Of a stretch of DNA of 64,000 nucleotides, positions 1 through 11,263 are shown piece by piece. Within the stretch, counting starts at the first letter, position 1, and each line of letters starts with the position of its first letter. The stretch comes from a gamma proteobacterium HTCC2207 (GTDB taxonomy: Bacteria; Pseudomonadota; Gammaproteobacteria; Pseudomonadales; Porticoccaceae), in the NCBI GenBank assembly GCA_905182855.1, contig CAJJDA010000009.1, forward strand, positions 189,309 to 253,308, read 5' to 3'. Made by a program: the position numbers and the translations under genes. Below the pieces are notes generated by a model. That model had not been told where the DNA came from, did not search any database, and was given only the letters and a program-made list of their open reading frames with translations.

Positions 1-3
1 CAG

Positions 4-1012
4 TTAAATTAGCGGCCGGATTCCCACGGCACTGCGCACCATCCCAATCAACTCAGCGCTCTGTTCACGTGCCCTGATAGCGCCATGTTGTAAGATACGT
101 TCGATTTGCGCTGGATGTTCAAGTAATTCAAGATATTTCTCTCTCGGCCCTTTTATTTGCTCATTAACTAGCTCAAACAGCTGCTTCTTGGCATCGCCCC
201 AGCCAATGCCTTCCTCAAACTCGACGCGCATGGCTGCGGTTTGCTCTGGAGTGGCAAAGGCCTTCCATATCTGAAATACCGCGGAGCTATCAGGATCCTT
301 GACTTCACCAGGCTGGAGTAAATTAGTATTAATCTTATTAATGTGTTTTTTTAACTGCTTCTCAGTCAGAAATAGTGGAATGGTGTTGCCGTAGCTCTTG
401 CTCATTTTACGCCCATCAAGACCCTGTAAAATTGCTGCATCATCGTCAACCTGAGCGGCGGGTAAGACGAAGTGCTCACCGTAATGATGGTTAAATCGCT
501 GAGCAATATCTCGGGCCATCTCCACATGTTGAATCTGATCGCGTCCCAACAGGAATCTTATGAGCATTAAACATCAAAATATCTGCAGCCATCAGGATTG
601 GGTAGCTGAATAATCCCATACTAACGGCGGCATCATCATCCTCTCCCGCCTCGACATTGGCCTGCACTGCACCTTTGTAGGCATGCGCACGATTCATCAT
701 GCCCTTGGCTGTCATACAGGTCAGTAGCCAGGTTAACTCAGGAATCTCGGGGATATCTGATTGCCGATAAAACGTGACTCTATCTGTGTCTAGCCCCAAC
801 GCTAGCCAAGTCGCCGCAAGCTCAAGCGTAGACTGATAAACCAGATCTGCATCCTGACATTTAATCAATGCATGGTAGTCAGCCAAAAAGAAAAATGACT
901 CGTTATCGCCAGAAAGGCTGGCTTTGATCGCCGGACGAATCGCACCAACATAGTTACCTAGATGCGGCGTTCCAGAGGTGGTAATACCCGTTAGTACACG
1001 TTGCTTAATCAT
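4..1012 (-). CDS. trpS: Tryptophanyl-tRNA synthetase (split by a frameshift near 545, probably a sequencing error)
   Basis: HIGH-like motif PHLGN in ORF 491-1012 and KMSKS in ORF 4-567. The two halves join at VPVG/RDQIQH. Confidence 0.95.
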
Positions 1013-1061
1013 ATTAACTCTACTATTTAAGGCCGGTGGCTATCATAATCATTCTCTGAGG

Positions 1062-2357
1062 TTACTCAACCTCTATGCTCAAACTACTCGATCTATTAAA
1101 AAACGCGGCCAGTACATCGGTTAATCTGGCCGCATCTAGCGATCCAGTCACTTCTCTGCAAGAGTGCATGGCGAGTTGCGGTATACCAACATCTAAGGTT
1201 GCTACGCCGAGTCGAGCAGCGGTAATAGGTCCGATGGTACTGCCACAGGCAGTATCACTTCGTGACACAAAGCTTTGTACTGGCACATCGACATCTGCGC
1301 AGAGCTGACGAAACAGACTTGCGGTAAGGCTTGTCGTCGCATAGCGCTGTTTGACGTTAACCTTAATGACAGGACCGCCGTTTAATCTGGGGCTGTGCAA
1401 GCTATCATGTGTGCTGGGATAATTAGGATGCACGGCATGGGCGTTGTCACAAGAGATCATCAGTGACTTGTCAATCACAGCGTTGCGCTCATCAGATTCA
1501 GTCAGACGTGCCACCACGGCCTCAAGGAAAGGGCCGTCGGCTCCCACCGCAGAGACACTGCCAACTTCTTCGTGGTCATTACAGACCATAAGACAGGTAT
1601 TAGTCGCGTCAGCTTGGATCAGTGCCTGCGTGGTAACGAAACAGCTGAGCAAGTTATCTAAACGCGCCGACGCCAGTAATTCATTGTTGATGCCCAGCAT
1701 GGCAGCACCCTGAGTATCATAAAGACACATTTCATAATCCAAAACCTCTTCACCGTCCAATAGAAACTCGTCTGCCAACAGCTCCCTGAAGCTTTCCGCC
1801 TTATCTGTCATCATTAATAGCGGCGGCAGATCCGTCTGGGCATTAACCGTGCGATCACTGTTCGCCTTGCGGTCTAGGTGGATTGCCAAACTCGGGATGA
1901 TCGCCACTGGGCGCTTAAAATCTACTAAAGTTTGCTTGAGCTGTTGCCGCTTATTGCGATAAACCAGACGGCCGGCTATAGAGAGATCCCGGTCAAACCA
2001 TGGATTTAATAGTGCGCCACCATAGACCTCGACCCCTAACTGAAGATAGCCCTTCACAGCGATCTCTGGCTGCGGTTTAACCATTAAACAGGGGCTGTCT
2101 GTATGGGCTCCAGTCATTCTAAGACCGGCAGTAGTTAGCGGCGTTGAGCCCACCGTAAAGGCAATAATAGACGAACCATTGCGGCTTAAAAAATGTTTAT
2201 CTCCGGTCTTCAATGTCCAGTTATCGGATTCATTGAGTTCAGTAAAACCCGATTTGGCAAGTAATTCAGACATACATCTAACCGCATGAAATGGTGTCGG
2301 TGAGGCATCTAAAAATACCATCAAGTCACTGTTAAATTGATTGCCATCAGCCGTCAT
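1062..2357 (-). CDS. M18 family aspartyl aminopeptidase
   Basis: Motifs SPTPFHAV, AHTDSP, RLDNL, DHEEVGS, GSTIGP, MHSCRE. Confidence 0.92.
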   Translation of the reverse strand: MTADGNQFNSDLMVFLDASPTPFHAVRCMSELLAKSGFTELNESDNWTLKTGDKHFLSRNGSSIIAFTVGSTPLTTAGLRMTGAHTDSPCLMVKPQPEIAVKGYLQLGVEVYGGALLNPWFDRDLSIAGRLVYRNKRQQLKQTLVDFKRPVAIIPSLAIHLDRKANSDRTVNAQTDLPPLLMMTDKAESFRELLADEFLLDGEEVLDYEMCLYDTQGAAMLGINNELLASARLDNLLSCFVTTQALIQADATNTCLMVCNDHEEVGSVSAVGADGPFLEAVVARLTESDERNAVIDKSLMISCDNAHAVHPNYPSTHDSLHSPRLNGGPVIKVNVKQRYATTSLTASLFRQLCADVDVPVQSFVSRSDTACGSTIGPITAARLGVATLDVGIPQLAMHSCREVTGSLDAARLTDVLAAFFNRSSSLSIEVE

Positions 2358-2380
2358 TACGCCGCTCCTAATTAGTTAGA

Positions 2381-3250
2381 TTATACTTTTAATCGCGCCA
2401 GCAGGCTCGAAGTATCCCAGCGATTCCCACCCAGCTCCTGGACCTCCGCATAGTAACTATCGACTAGCCTAGTGACCGGCAATGAGCTGCCATTGTGCCC
2501 AGCCTCATCAAGGGCAAAGCCCAAATCCTTACGCATCCACTGCACCGCGAAGCCATGTTCATAATCGCCAGCCAGCATAGTTTCAAAACGATTTTCCATC
2601 TGCCAGGATTGCGCTGCCCCCTTGGAGATTACATCGACCACCTGATGAGCATCCAAACCGGCCCTCTCGGCGAAATTGAGGCCTTCGGCCAAGCCCTGTA
2701 CTAGCCCAGCAATACAAATCTGATTGACCATTTTACACAGCTGGCCGCTGCCAACTGGCCCCATCAATTGCACGGCTTTGGCAAAGCAGGTGATCGCGCT
2801 CTCAACCTGCCCGAAATACTCTAGCTGTCCGCCACACATGACTGTTAGTTGGCCATTTAAAGCACCCTGCTGCCCCCCAGAAACCGGCGCATCAATAAAT
2901 CCACAGTCTTGAGCGGACAGGGCGACCGCCAACCGTTTAGCCAAGCTGGCTGACGTGGTAGTATGGTCCACCACAATAGCATTAGGCTTTATGCCCGCTA
3001 AAATTCCATGCTCCGCTAATACTACCTCTTCCACATCTTTATCATTACCCAGGCAGAGAAAAATAATCTCGGCATTATGCACGGCGGTATCAGGAGTCAG
3101 AGCATACTTCCCAGAGTATTCAGCAATCCAGCGCTCTGCCACTGACGTGGTGCGATTGTACACAGTCACCTGATAGCCGTTACGACTCAGCCAGCCGGCC
3201 ATGGGATAGCCCATAACGCCAAGACCTAAAAATGCAATGCTTTTACCCAT
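2381..3250 (-). CDS. NAD(P)-dependent beta-hydroxyacid dehydrogenase (3-hydroxyisobutyrate DH/YihU family)
   Basis: Motifs FLGLGVMG, DAPVSGG, GSGQLCKMVNQ, WMRKDL. Confidence 0.9.
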   Translation of the reverse strand: MGKSIAFLGLGVMGYPMAGWLSRNGYQVTVYNRTTSVAERWIAEYSGKYALTPDTAVHNAEIIFLCLGNDKDVEEVVLAEHGILAGIKPNAIVVDHTTTSASLAKRLAVALSAQDCGFIDAPVSGGQQGALNGQLTVMCGGQLEYFGQVESAITCFAKAVQLMGPVGSGQLCKMVNQICIAGLVQGLAEGLNFAERAGLDAHQVVDVISKGAAQSWQMENRFETMLAGDYEHGFAVQWMRKDLGFALDEAGHNGSSLPVTRLVDSYYAEVQELGGNRWDTSSLLARLKV

Positions 3251-3253
3251 ACT

Positions 3254-4057
3254 CTACGACCACTCACCTACTAAAAGAACAATCAATAACGCACCCAATG
3301 CTAAACGATAAATAACAAAGGGCAACATTCCAACACGTTCCACTAAACGCAGAAAACTGTGTATACATAGATAGGCAGTAACAGCAGACAACACTGTACC
3401 AATAACAATGTCGGACCAGGGCACAGACGTCTGATCTAATAATTGTAGCCCTTTATAACCGCCACTCAGAGCAATGATAGGTACCGCTAACAAAAATGAA
3501 AAACGTGCTGCCGACATCCGATCAAATCCAAGCATCAATGCAGCTGTCATGGTGACACCTGATCTAGACGTACCTGGAATTAGTGCCAGCGCTTGAGCCA
3601 AGCCGATTAACAAAGCCGTTTTCCAGGTTAGCTCATACAGTGTCTTACCGCCACGAAAACGAAGATCTGCCCATCCTAACAGCAGCCCAAACAGAATGGT
3701 CGTTACAGCTATGACCGTCATAGATCTAAGATGCGCTTCGATAAAGCCACTAAAGACCAGTCCGGCGATACCAGCGGGAACCGTACCTAACACGAGATAC
3801 CAGGCCAGATCACTTTCAGGGGTTCGCGACTGCCCCAAGCTTTTTAACCAGGCCGCAGACAGAGTGCGAATGTCATGACGAAAATAAACCACTACCGCAA
3901 GAAAAGATCCCACATGCACAGCGACGTCAAAGGCAAGCCCCTGATCAGGCCAACCCAAAATTGTGGAGGGTAAGATAAGATGCGCTGAGCTCGAAATTGG
4001 AAGAAACTCAGATAAGCCTTGAATAATAGCCAGCCAAATAACATGCATAATATCCAT
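3254..4057 (-). CDS. uppP: Undecaprenyl-diphosphate phosphatase
   Basis: Motifs QGLSEFLPISSSAH and PGTSRSG; multiple TM segments. Confidence 0.95.
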   Translation of the reverse strand: MDIMHVIWLAIIQGLSEFLPISSSAHLILPSTILGWPDQGLAFDVAVHVGSFLAVVVYFRHDIRTLSAAWLKSLGQSRTPESDLAWYLVLGTVPAGIAGLVFSGFIEAHLRSMTVIAVTTILFGLLLGWADLRFRGGKTLYELTWKTALLIGLAQALALIPGTSRSGVTMTAALMLGFDRMSAARFSFLLAVPIIALSGGYKGLQLLDQTSVPWSDIVIGTVLSAVTAYLCIHSFLRLVERVGMLPFVIYRLALGALLIVLLVGEWS

Positions 4058-4060
4058 TGG

Positions 4061-4740
4061 TTACACTATCCTTATACGTTTACGTTTTTGCCAGGCATCC
4101 GCCCCACGTAAATAAACCAATTCGATCTCGTCAATTGGTCGGGCCAAATCCGTCACAAACCCCCGTTGCGCTATTTTCAACAAATCTACAGCATCGGGAT
4201 ACACATTAATAAAAGTTGGCAGCTCAAGTGCGGCGGCTTCACCAACAACAACGCAGTGCTCATAGCCATTTATTAGTTTTAAAGCCTCCTGGGCATTTAA
4301 AAGTTGATCATCTTTCATAGCGCTTAAATGACCATTTTCTTCAATTCGATAGCAGCCGCAGTTGAATTCTCCCATTCGGGCATCAAGTACTGCGACTATT
4401 ACCAGGCCATAACTCAGTCCCTGTTTGCGCACGGCGGTTTCTGCCATGACCTGAAGCGTCGAAATAGCTACAACAGGCAGCTCCAGACCAAATGCCAAAC
4501 CCTGAACGGCGGCAAAACCAATGCGCAGGCCAGTAAATGATCCGGGCCCTGCCCCAACAGCCAATAACCTGAATGTCTTGCTTTTATCCCTGCCTCTTTG
4601 AGCACCTCATCAACCATCGACATAACAAGCCGAGTGTGGGAGCGAGGCTCTTCCGAATACCTTGAGATCAATCTCTCACCCAAATTTAAAGCAACCGAGC
4701 AGGCCGGTGTCGAGGTTTCAATCGCTAAAACTGCGGTCAT
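4061..4740 (-). CDS. tsaB: tRNA t6A biosynthesis protein TsaB (frameshift near 4570)
   Basis: LAIETST...CSVAL N-terminus in ORF 4468-4740; GPGSFTGLRIG and LDARMGE in ORF 4061-4564. Confidence 0.92.
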
Positions 4741-4780
4741 GGTTATTCTCTGTCAGTGATATTATGCTTAATAGATGGGC

Positions 4781-4812
4781 AAAAAAAATCCCCCACAGAA
4801 GTGGAGGATTTT
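4781..4812 (-). terminator. Intrinsic terminator of the histone-like gene
   Basis: Hairpin AAAATCC-CCCAC-agaa-GTGG-AGGATTTT with an A8 run (U-tract on the minus strand). Confidence 0.75.
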
Positions 4813-4836
4813 ACAGCTATACCACAATTTAGACTA

Positions 4837-5659
4837 TCAGGATTTTGCTACTGGAGTCTTTTTTGCAGCAGACTTCTTCGCAGGTGCTTTTTTAGCTGCG
4901 ACTTTTTTAGCAGGTGCTTTTTTAGCTGCGGCTTTTTTAACAGGTGCTTTTTTACTGCGGCTTTTTTAACAGGTGCTTTCTTCACAGCTAGCTTTCTTCG
5001 CCAACGCTTTTTTAGCAATAGTCGCTCTCTTAGTCGACATTTTTACTGCTAGCCTTAGCCTTAGCCTTAGCTTTAGCTGCCGCTTTCGTAGCTTGAGCCT
5101 TTGCTTTAACGGCCTGAATTTTTGCTTTGGCTGCCGCTTTTTTCTCCGACGCCTTAACCTTTGCCGCCAATCGATTAGCTGCAGCTTTAACTTTTTTCGC
5201 ATTCTGCGCAGTGCGAGCCTTGGTCCAACGTAGCCCATACTTCTTAACCGCAGCAGCTAAATCAGAGACTACCTTGGCATTTAAGCTTGCTTCAAACGCA
5301 ACAAGCCCTTCTTTAGCCTTTGCTTCCGCTGCCAATAGTGAATCTGCAACCTGCGCTGAACGAAGTCCGTCCTTAGCTGTCTTCACAGCATTCTGCGCAG
5401 ACCTGTATGTTTCGTTGGTCGCTTTAAAACTCTTTCGTGCGGAGGCCAATGCTCTGCGTGCTGCCGGAGTCACTTTTAAGCCTAACTTTGCTTTAGCTGC
5501 AGATATTTTTTCACGGGCAGCGGTTAAACTTTTACCCTGCGCTGCAAGCCTAGATTGCGCAGAAGTAACCACGACGGCCGCTTTTTGAGCAGCAGTTATT
5601 TTAATTGCTTTTTTAGCGGGTGCTTTTTTCATAATCTTTTTCTTGGCAGGTTTTTTCAA
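4837..5659 (-). CDS. Lys/Ala-rich histone H1-like protein (about 270 aa once apparent frameshifts in the repeat tail are corrected)
   Basis: ORF 5030-5659 is extremely K/A-rich. The reading continues across frame slips into KKAPV/KKAAA/KKAPA repeats, ending KKTPVAKS-TGA at 4837-4839. Confidence 0.75.
4858..5020. repeat. Degenerate 15-bp tandem repeats encoding KKAxx pentapeptides
   Basis: Units such as AGGTGCTTTTTTAGC, TGCGACTTTTTTAGC and TGCGGCTTTTTTAAC. Confidence 0.85.
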
Positions 5660-5876
5660 TTTAACTCTCCGAGGCCTAGCTAGTTAAGAATTTAAAAATG
5701 AGTATTATTTTGGATGAACGATTTCTCAAAAGAGAGTTTAATCGCCACCCATTTGCTTTAGCAACCTTTAAGCCGAAATAACCCTAAAAATCCTTAAATT
5801 AAGCATTTTTAGGACAACTAGTTAGTAAAATGACAGTTTTTTGTCCGTTTTTTACAAATATTAAAAATAAATATAT

Positions 5877-6527
5877 CTATCCTAAAATACCTATAATTCG
5901 TGACTGCACGGCATCAAGTCGCCCTAAGCCGTCAATTGAGGCGAACACCGGAGCGGTATTTTCCTGCATTGAAAGATCGGTATAAAACTTGACTAGAGGC
6001 ATAGTTTGTTGATGATAGACATTTAGACGATTGCGGACAGTAGCTTCTTGGTCATCAACCCGCTGCATCAATGGTTCACCCGTTGCATCATCGATGCCTT
6101 CGGTTACAGGCGGATTATATTGGACATGGTATATGCGCCCAGAGCCCTCATGGACACGGCGGCCACTGAGTCTCGAGACAATCTCTTCATCGGCGACCGA
6201 AATTTCAATAACAAACTCAATATCTATTCCAGCATCAACCAGAGCCTCCGCCTGAGGAATCGTACGCGGAAAACCATCAAACAAAAAACCATTATCACAA
6301 TCTGACTGTTGGATACGTTCCTTTACTAGGGCAATAATAAGATCGTCCGACACCAGACCACCTGAGTCCATAACATCTTTGACCTGCATCCCCAGCTCAG
6401 ACTCAGATTTGACCGCTGCACGTAGCATGTCTCCAGTAGAAATTTGAGGCACATTGTATTTTTCAGTAATAAATTGTGCCTGCGTGCCTTTCCCTGCACC
6501 CGGTGGACCTAACAAAATCAATTTCAT
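5877..6527 (-). CDS. adk: Adenylate kinase
   Basis: Motifs [25 protein letters not shown]; LID domain. Confidence 0.97.
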   Translation of the reverse strand: MKLILLGPPGAGKGTQAQFITEKYNVPQISTGDMLRAAVKSESELGMQVKDVMDSGGLVSDDLIIALVKERIQQSDCDNGFLFDGFPRTIPQAEALVDAGIDIEFVIEISVADEEIVSRLSGRRVHEGSGRIYHVQYNPPVTEGIDDATGEPLMQRVDDQEATVRNRLNVYHQQTMPLVKFYTDLSMQENTAPVFASIDGLGRLDAVQSRIIGILG

Positions 6528-6680
6528 TAATACGGTTCCTTCAATAGGTTCTTAGTGACAACGTGAGAGGGCAAAAAAACGGTTAATTTACAGTGGAAAC
6601 GCCCGCGCCGCCTCGAATAAAATGGTTGGTCACCATACAGGGTTTGCCCAAATCAGACAAGCGGCCGTAACGTAGCGCCT

Positions 6681-7487
6681 CTATTCGCGGGCCTTGACAG
6701 CGCACCACAGCGACTCGAGGTCATCGGCACTCATACTGCTAAGGCGCTCTCTCGAGGCCAAGCTTTCCATAGCTTCGAACCGACGCTTAAATTTGTTATT
6801 GGCAGAGCGCATGGCCTTCTCAGCATCTACTGACAAATGACGAGCAAGATTGACGCAACTGAAAAGTAAGTCGCCCATCTCATCTTCCATAGCAACTTTG
6901 TCCCCTCGCGTGATTTCCACCTCAAGTTCTGCGATTTCTTCTTTTACTTTGGCCAATACGTCTTTTAGGTCGGTCCAGTCAAAACCAACTGATGACGCTC
7001 TTTTTTGGAGTTTCTGGGCTCGATTTAATGCTGGCATCGCTAGCGGTATATCCGCCAGCACACCGTCCTCACCTTTACCTGCTCGCTCTCGCTTTTTTGT
7101 CTCCTCCCATTGTTTATTGATCGCTTTGACATCAAATACGAGATCTGGACTTCTAACCGACTGCAATGTGCCATCGGGGAATACATGAGGATGCCGCCTA
7201 ATAAGTTTTTCAGTGATCCCAGACACAATAATATCCCAATCAAAGACAGTATCTTCTGCACCCAACTGACTATAGAAAATTATTTGAAACAATAAGTCAC
7301 CCAACTCTTCACTAAGATGCTCTGTATCACCGCGCTCAACCGCGTCTACCACCTCATAAACTTCCTCAACCGTAAATGGTGCAATGGTTTTGAATGTTTG
7401 CTTAATATCCCAGGGACAACCTGTATCGCTGTCGCGCAGGCGCGACATCAAGTAGCGAAGATCGTCGATATTATAAGTATGGCTCAT
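6681..7487 (-). CDS. mazG: Nucleoside triphosphate pyrophosphohydrolase MazG
   Basis: Motifs GCPWD, EELGDLLFQ, RRHPHVF and a second EMGDLLF domain. Confidence 0.95.
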   Translation of the reverse strand: MSHTYNIDDLRYLMSRLRDSDTGCPWDIKQTFKTIAPFTVEEVYEVVDAVERGDTEHLSEELGDLLFQIIFYSQLGAEDTVFDWDIIVSGITEKLIRRHPHVFPDGTLQSVRSPDLVFDVKAINKQWEETKKRERAGKGEDGVLADIPLAMPALNRAQKLQKRASSVGFDWTDLKDVLAKVKEEIAELEVEITRGDKVAMEDEMGDLLFSCVNLARHLSVDAEKAMRSANNKFKRRFEAMESLASRERLSSMSADDLESLWCAVKARE

Positions 7488-8374
7488 TAACTATATATTC
7501 CGGAAGACAGATAACGATCGCCGCGATCACAGATAATCGTAACAATGGTGGCATTTTCAAGTTGCTGACTAAGACTGAGAGCAGCCGCCACCGACCCGCC
7601 CGCCGAGACGCCACAGAAGATGCCCTCTTCTCGCGCTAATCGACGCATAGCCTGCTCAGCATCGGCCTGTGAGATGTCCATCAGTTGGTCAACCTTGGCC
7701 GCATCAAAAATACCTGGCATATAAGCCTTCGGCCAACGCCGAATGCCGGGGATAGCAGCACCCTCCTCAGGTTGCAGACCGATAATTTGAATACTTGGAT
7801 TCTGGGTCTTTAAAAAAGCCGATGTTCCCATAATGGTGCCTGTGGTACCCATAGAACTCACAAAATGGGTGACGGTGCCCTGAGTATCACGCCAAATTTC
7901 TGGGCCAGTGCCCTCGTAGTGGGATAGTGGATTATCGGGATTATTAAATTGATCAAGGACAGTGCCCAAACCCTGGCGCTGCATTTTCTGGGCCAAATCT
8001 CGAGCACCTTCCATACCTTCACTTTGGCTTACTTCGATAAGCGTTGCACCGTAAGCCGTCATAGCCCACTTGCGCTCATCTGTGGCATTGTCAGGCATAA
8101 TAAGTGTCAGGCGATAGCCTTTCATAGCGGCCACCATTGCCAGTGCAATACCTGTGTTACCGCTCGTGGCCTCGATCAAACGGCCTCCTGGCTTTATCTC
8201 CCCACGTGCCTCAGCCTTACTTATCATGCCCAGAGCTGGCCGATCTTTGACACTGCCTGCTGGGTTGTCACCCTCGAGTTTGGCGAGAATGGTATTAGTA
8301 GTTTTGCCTGGCATGCGCTGCAGCTTAACTAGGCGAGTGTTACCAATGCAATGATCGATTGTAGGGTAATCCAT
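7487..8374 (-). CDS. cysM: Cysteine synthase B
   Basis: Motifs NPAGSVKDR (PLP Lys), EATSGNTG, CDRGDRYLS. Confidence 0.95.
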   Translation of the reverse strand: MDYPTIDHCIGNTRLVKLQRMPGKTTNTILAKLEGDNPAGSVKDRPALGMISKAEARGEIKPGGRLIEATSGNTGIALAMVAAMKGYRLTLIMPDNATDERKWAMTAYGATLIEVSQSEGMEGARDLAQKMQRQGLGTVLDQFNNPDNPLSHYEGTGPEIWRDTQGTVTHFVSSMGTTGTIMGTSAFLKTQNPSIQIIGLQPEEGAAIPGIRRWPKAYMPGIFDAAKVDQLMDISQADAEQAMRRLAREEGIFCGVSAGGSVAAALSLSQQLENATIVTIICDRGDRYLSSGIYS

Positions 8375-8533
8375 GTTAGTCCTTTTCTCGCTTAACTTTC
8401 TGACGAGCTATTGTGCCTGAAGCCTCCATGCAACGCGCCTCTAAGTAGGCTATAAGCAATAACTATTTAACATAAGGCGCAAGATTTTAGCTGCCATAGA
8501 GCGTGTCACACATTGAGTCATTAGAATCTGGGG

Positions 8534-8932
8534 CTAGGTAAGAACAGCGTAGGCAATCGCATACTGCGCCTCGTCAGCAAGGCTCAACAACACCTGACTC
8601 CCGCCCCGTCTGCGCATTACTGTCTCTGCACCACCTGATAGACTTATCGCTGGCGCACCTTTGTTATCGTTGATGACATTGATATCCTGAAAGCTGACGC
8701 CATGACCAATACCTGTCCCCAAGGCCTTAGCCACGGCTTCTTTGGCAGCGAAACGCTTGGCCAGAAATGCCACACTGTTGTCCAAGCGTGTAAATTCCTG
8801 CTGCTCCGCCGGTGTCAGTATCCGGTGCGCAAATTTTACACCCTGGCGCTCAATCACCTTAGCTATACGATCAATCTGGACTATATCTGTACCTATACCT
8901 ATTACCATTATCTTTATAACTCTTGTGGCCAC
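8534..8932 (-). CDS. acpS: Holo-ACP synthase (start may be about 8908)
   Basis: Motifs GIGTDIV and RFAAKEAVAKALGTG. Confidence 0.93.
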   Translation of the reverse strand: MATRVIKIMVIGIGTDIVQIDRIAKVIERQGVKFAHRILTPAEQQEFTRLDNSVAFLAKRFAAKEAVAKALGTGIGHGVSFQDINVINDNKGAPAISLSGGAETVMRRRGGSQVLLSLADEAQYAIAYAVLT

Positions 8933-8957
8933 ATTCTTATAGCGACACTATTAGCTC

Positions 8958-9686
8958 CTATTTCGGCGCTCTGGACAGCAGGTGCTGCCGATACAGCTCT
9001 CGACTGTGTAGTTGCCGACCGCCAAGGTAGAAGTTTATCACGCCGCGTAACAGTTGCTTGGCAGTTTTCATTACCGATCGTTGACTAAAATCTCCAGCGA
9101 TAAGACCCAAAATATCTTCGCCAAGATACACGCCTGACACCTGCTTGTGCTGGCTAGATAGTTCAACAAGACCCTGCTCCGGCATATAGTGATACAGCTT
9201 ACCAGCCACGACTGCTGTGCCATGAACCACTTCAGAATCCAATACTAGCCCGTAACCCAGTTCATCGAGCAGCGCCATTTCTAAATATCTTAGCATTAGC
9301 TCGTCGGGACCCTCGGTCACGAGCCGCAACATAAATGCAGAGTACTGTTGATAGAGATAATCATGAGCGTCATATTCAGGCAATAGTCGGTATAGCAGCT
9401 CGTTGACGTAGAGTCCCGTAAACAGACATTCTTGCTGTAAAAATGCGGGCGTATTTATGGCGTCAGCCTGGGTTAGAGTTTTTAGATCGCCGCGGCCCTG
9501 CCAGCTAAATTGATGCTCGGTGTAGGGAAAGATTGCGCGACTAATTCCACGTTTGTTTGGCTTTCGAAAGCCTTTGGCGACGCATCGAATCCGACCATGA
9601 CTTTTAGTAAAAAGGTCGACGAGTAAGCTGGTCTCACTATACGGTGTAGAGTGCAGGACAAAGCCTGCTTCGGCATCGACCCGCAC
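8958..9686 (-). CDS. recO: DNA repair protein RecO
   Basis: VLHSTPYSETSLLVDLFT motif; lies directly after era. Confidence 0.93.
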   Translation of the reverse strand: MRVDAEAGFVLHSTPYSETSLLVDLFTKSHGRIRCVAKGFRKPNKRGISRAIFPYTEHQFSWQGRGDLKTLTQADAINTPAFLQQECLFTGLYVNELLYRLLPEYDAHDYLYQQYSAFMLRLVTEGPDELMLRYLEMALLDELGYGLVLDSEVVHGTAVVAGKLYHYMPEQGLVELSSQHKQVSGVYLGEDILGLIAGDFSQRSVMKTAKQLLRGVINFYLGGRQLHSRELYRQHLLSRAPK

Positions 9687-9692
9687 GAGTAT

Positions 9693-10586
9693 TTAATCGT
9701 CCATGTAACCAAGACTGCGCAGCGCTCGCTCATCATCAGACCAGCCACTGCGAACCTTGACCCAGGTTCTAAGCATTACTTTACAACCCAACAAACTCTC
9801 TATGTCTGCACGGGCCTGCTCGCCTACTTTTTTAATCCGCTCGCCATTAGTCCCGATGATTATCTTTTTCTGGCCCTCGCGTTCGACCAGAATCAATGCG
9901 CTGATGTGGGTGATTTTCTTTTCCGCACGAAACTCTTCAATTTCAACCGTCACCTGGTACGGCACCTCGGCACCCAACTGTCGCATGATTTTTTCCCGCA
10001 CAATTTCCGAGGCCAGAAATCGCTCACTACGATCAGTAATCTGATCTTCAGGAAACGCATGCATCCGCTCTGGAATATACGCCTTAATTTTTTCTTGCAG
10101 CTCATCCAAATTAGTTTTGCGCAACGCGGAGAGTGGAATAAGCTCAACTGCATTGACCTTACTCTCTAAAAACTTCAAGTGCGGCAACAGTGCGGCCTTA
10201 TCTTCAATCATATCCACTTTGTTGATCGCGACAATTAGTGGCACTGGATTATTAGACAGATATTTGGCAACGTATTCATCGGCCTCGCTCCATTCAAAGC
10301 GATCCACCACAAACACCACCACATCCACATCCGCTATGACGCCGGCAGCGGAGCGATTCATAACTCGGTTAATCGCCCGCTCTTGATTAGTATGTATCCC
10401 AGGCGTATCGACAAAAATCATCTGCAGATCAGCTTCAGTCTTGATCCCCAGCAAGGTATGTCTGGTTGTCTGCGGCTTGCGCGAGGTAATGCAAAGCTTT
10501 TGACCCAGAATGTGATTCAATAATGTGGATTTACCCACATTAGGGCGGCCAATAATAGCCACATAGCCACAGCGAGGTTCCGTCAA
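9693..10586 (-). CDS. era: GTPase Era
   Basis: Motifs [17 protein letters not shown]; KH domain. Confidence 0.97.
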   Translation of the reverse strand: MTEPRCGYVAIIGRPNVGKSTLLNHILGQKLCITSRKPQTTRHTLLGIKTEADLQMIFVDTPGIHTNQERAINRVMNRSAAGVIADVDVVVFVVDRFEWSEADEYVAKYLSNNPVPLIVAINKVDMIEDKAALLPHLKFLESKVNAVELIPLSALRKTNLDELQEKIKAYIPERMHAFPEDQITDRSERFLASEIVREKIMRQLGAEVPYQVTVEIEEFRAEKKITHISALILVEREGQKKIIIGTNGERIKKVGEQARADIESLLGCKVMLRTWVKVRSGWSDDERALRSLGYMDD

Positions 10587-11263
10587 GATGACTTCTCCAA
10601 TTCAATTAATAGTTGTGCGGCTACCATTTGCTCCGCTTTGCGGACACTACTGGCGACGGCACTGATTTCTTTTTCAACAGCAGCAATCTTGCAGCTAACC
10701 GTAAACAGACGGCTATGGGCTTCACCACCCGTGTTGACCAACGTATACTCAGGCACTGGTTTACCTCGCTTCTGCAGCCACTCTTGCAAACTAGTCTTGG
10801 CATCTCTAATGGAGTCTGCCTCTGAGGCTGCGGCCAACAACTCATCAAACCAAAGGGCAATGCAGCTCTGTGCTGCCGCTAGACCTGTGTCCACGTAGAC
10901 GGCACCGATCAATGCTTCCACTGCGTCGCCTAAAATAGAGTCACGTCGATGGCCACCACTTTTCATTTCTCCTGGACCAAGCAGTAACTCTGAACCCAAT
11001 TCAAGCTGCTTAGCGACACCGGCTAGTGATTCTGCACGGACAATCTGTGAGCGCATACGACTTAACTCACCTTCTCGTGCTTTGGGAAATTTTCGATAAA
11101 GGATATCGGTAACTGAAAGACCGAGAATTGCATCACCAAGAAATTCTAGGCGTTCATTATTACTACTGCCACAACTGCGATGGGACAGAGCTAGCATCAA
11201 AACCGATTCGTCTTTGAAACTATAATTAAGACGCTCCTGGAGCTGCCGGACATTGCCTGTCAC
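10583..11263 (-). CDS. rnc: Ribonuclease III
   Basis: [10 protein letters not shown] signature and a dsRBD. Confidence 0.97.
   Translation of the reverse strand: MTGNVRQLQERLNYSFKDESVLMLALSHRSCGSSNNERLEFLGDAILGLSVTDILYRKFPKAREGELSRMRSQIVRAESLAGVAKQLELGSELLLGPGEMKSGGHRRDSILGDAVEALIGAVYVDTGLAAAQSCIALWFDELLAAASEADSIRDAKTSLQEWLQKRGKPVPEYTLVNTGGEAHSRLFTVSCKIAAVEKEISAVASSVRKAEQMVAAQLLIELEKSS

Noticed and set aside
4858-5100. Tandem repeats as a CRISPR array or non-coding VNTR
   Set aside because: The 15-bp and 6-bp units have no spacers and encode K/A-rich peptide repeats.
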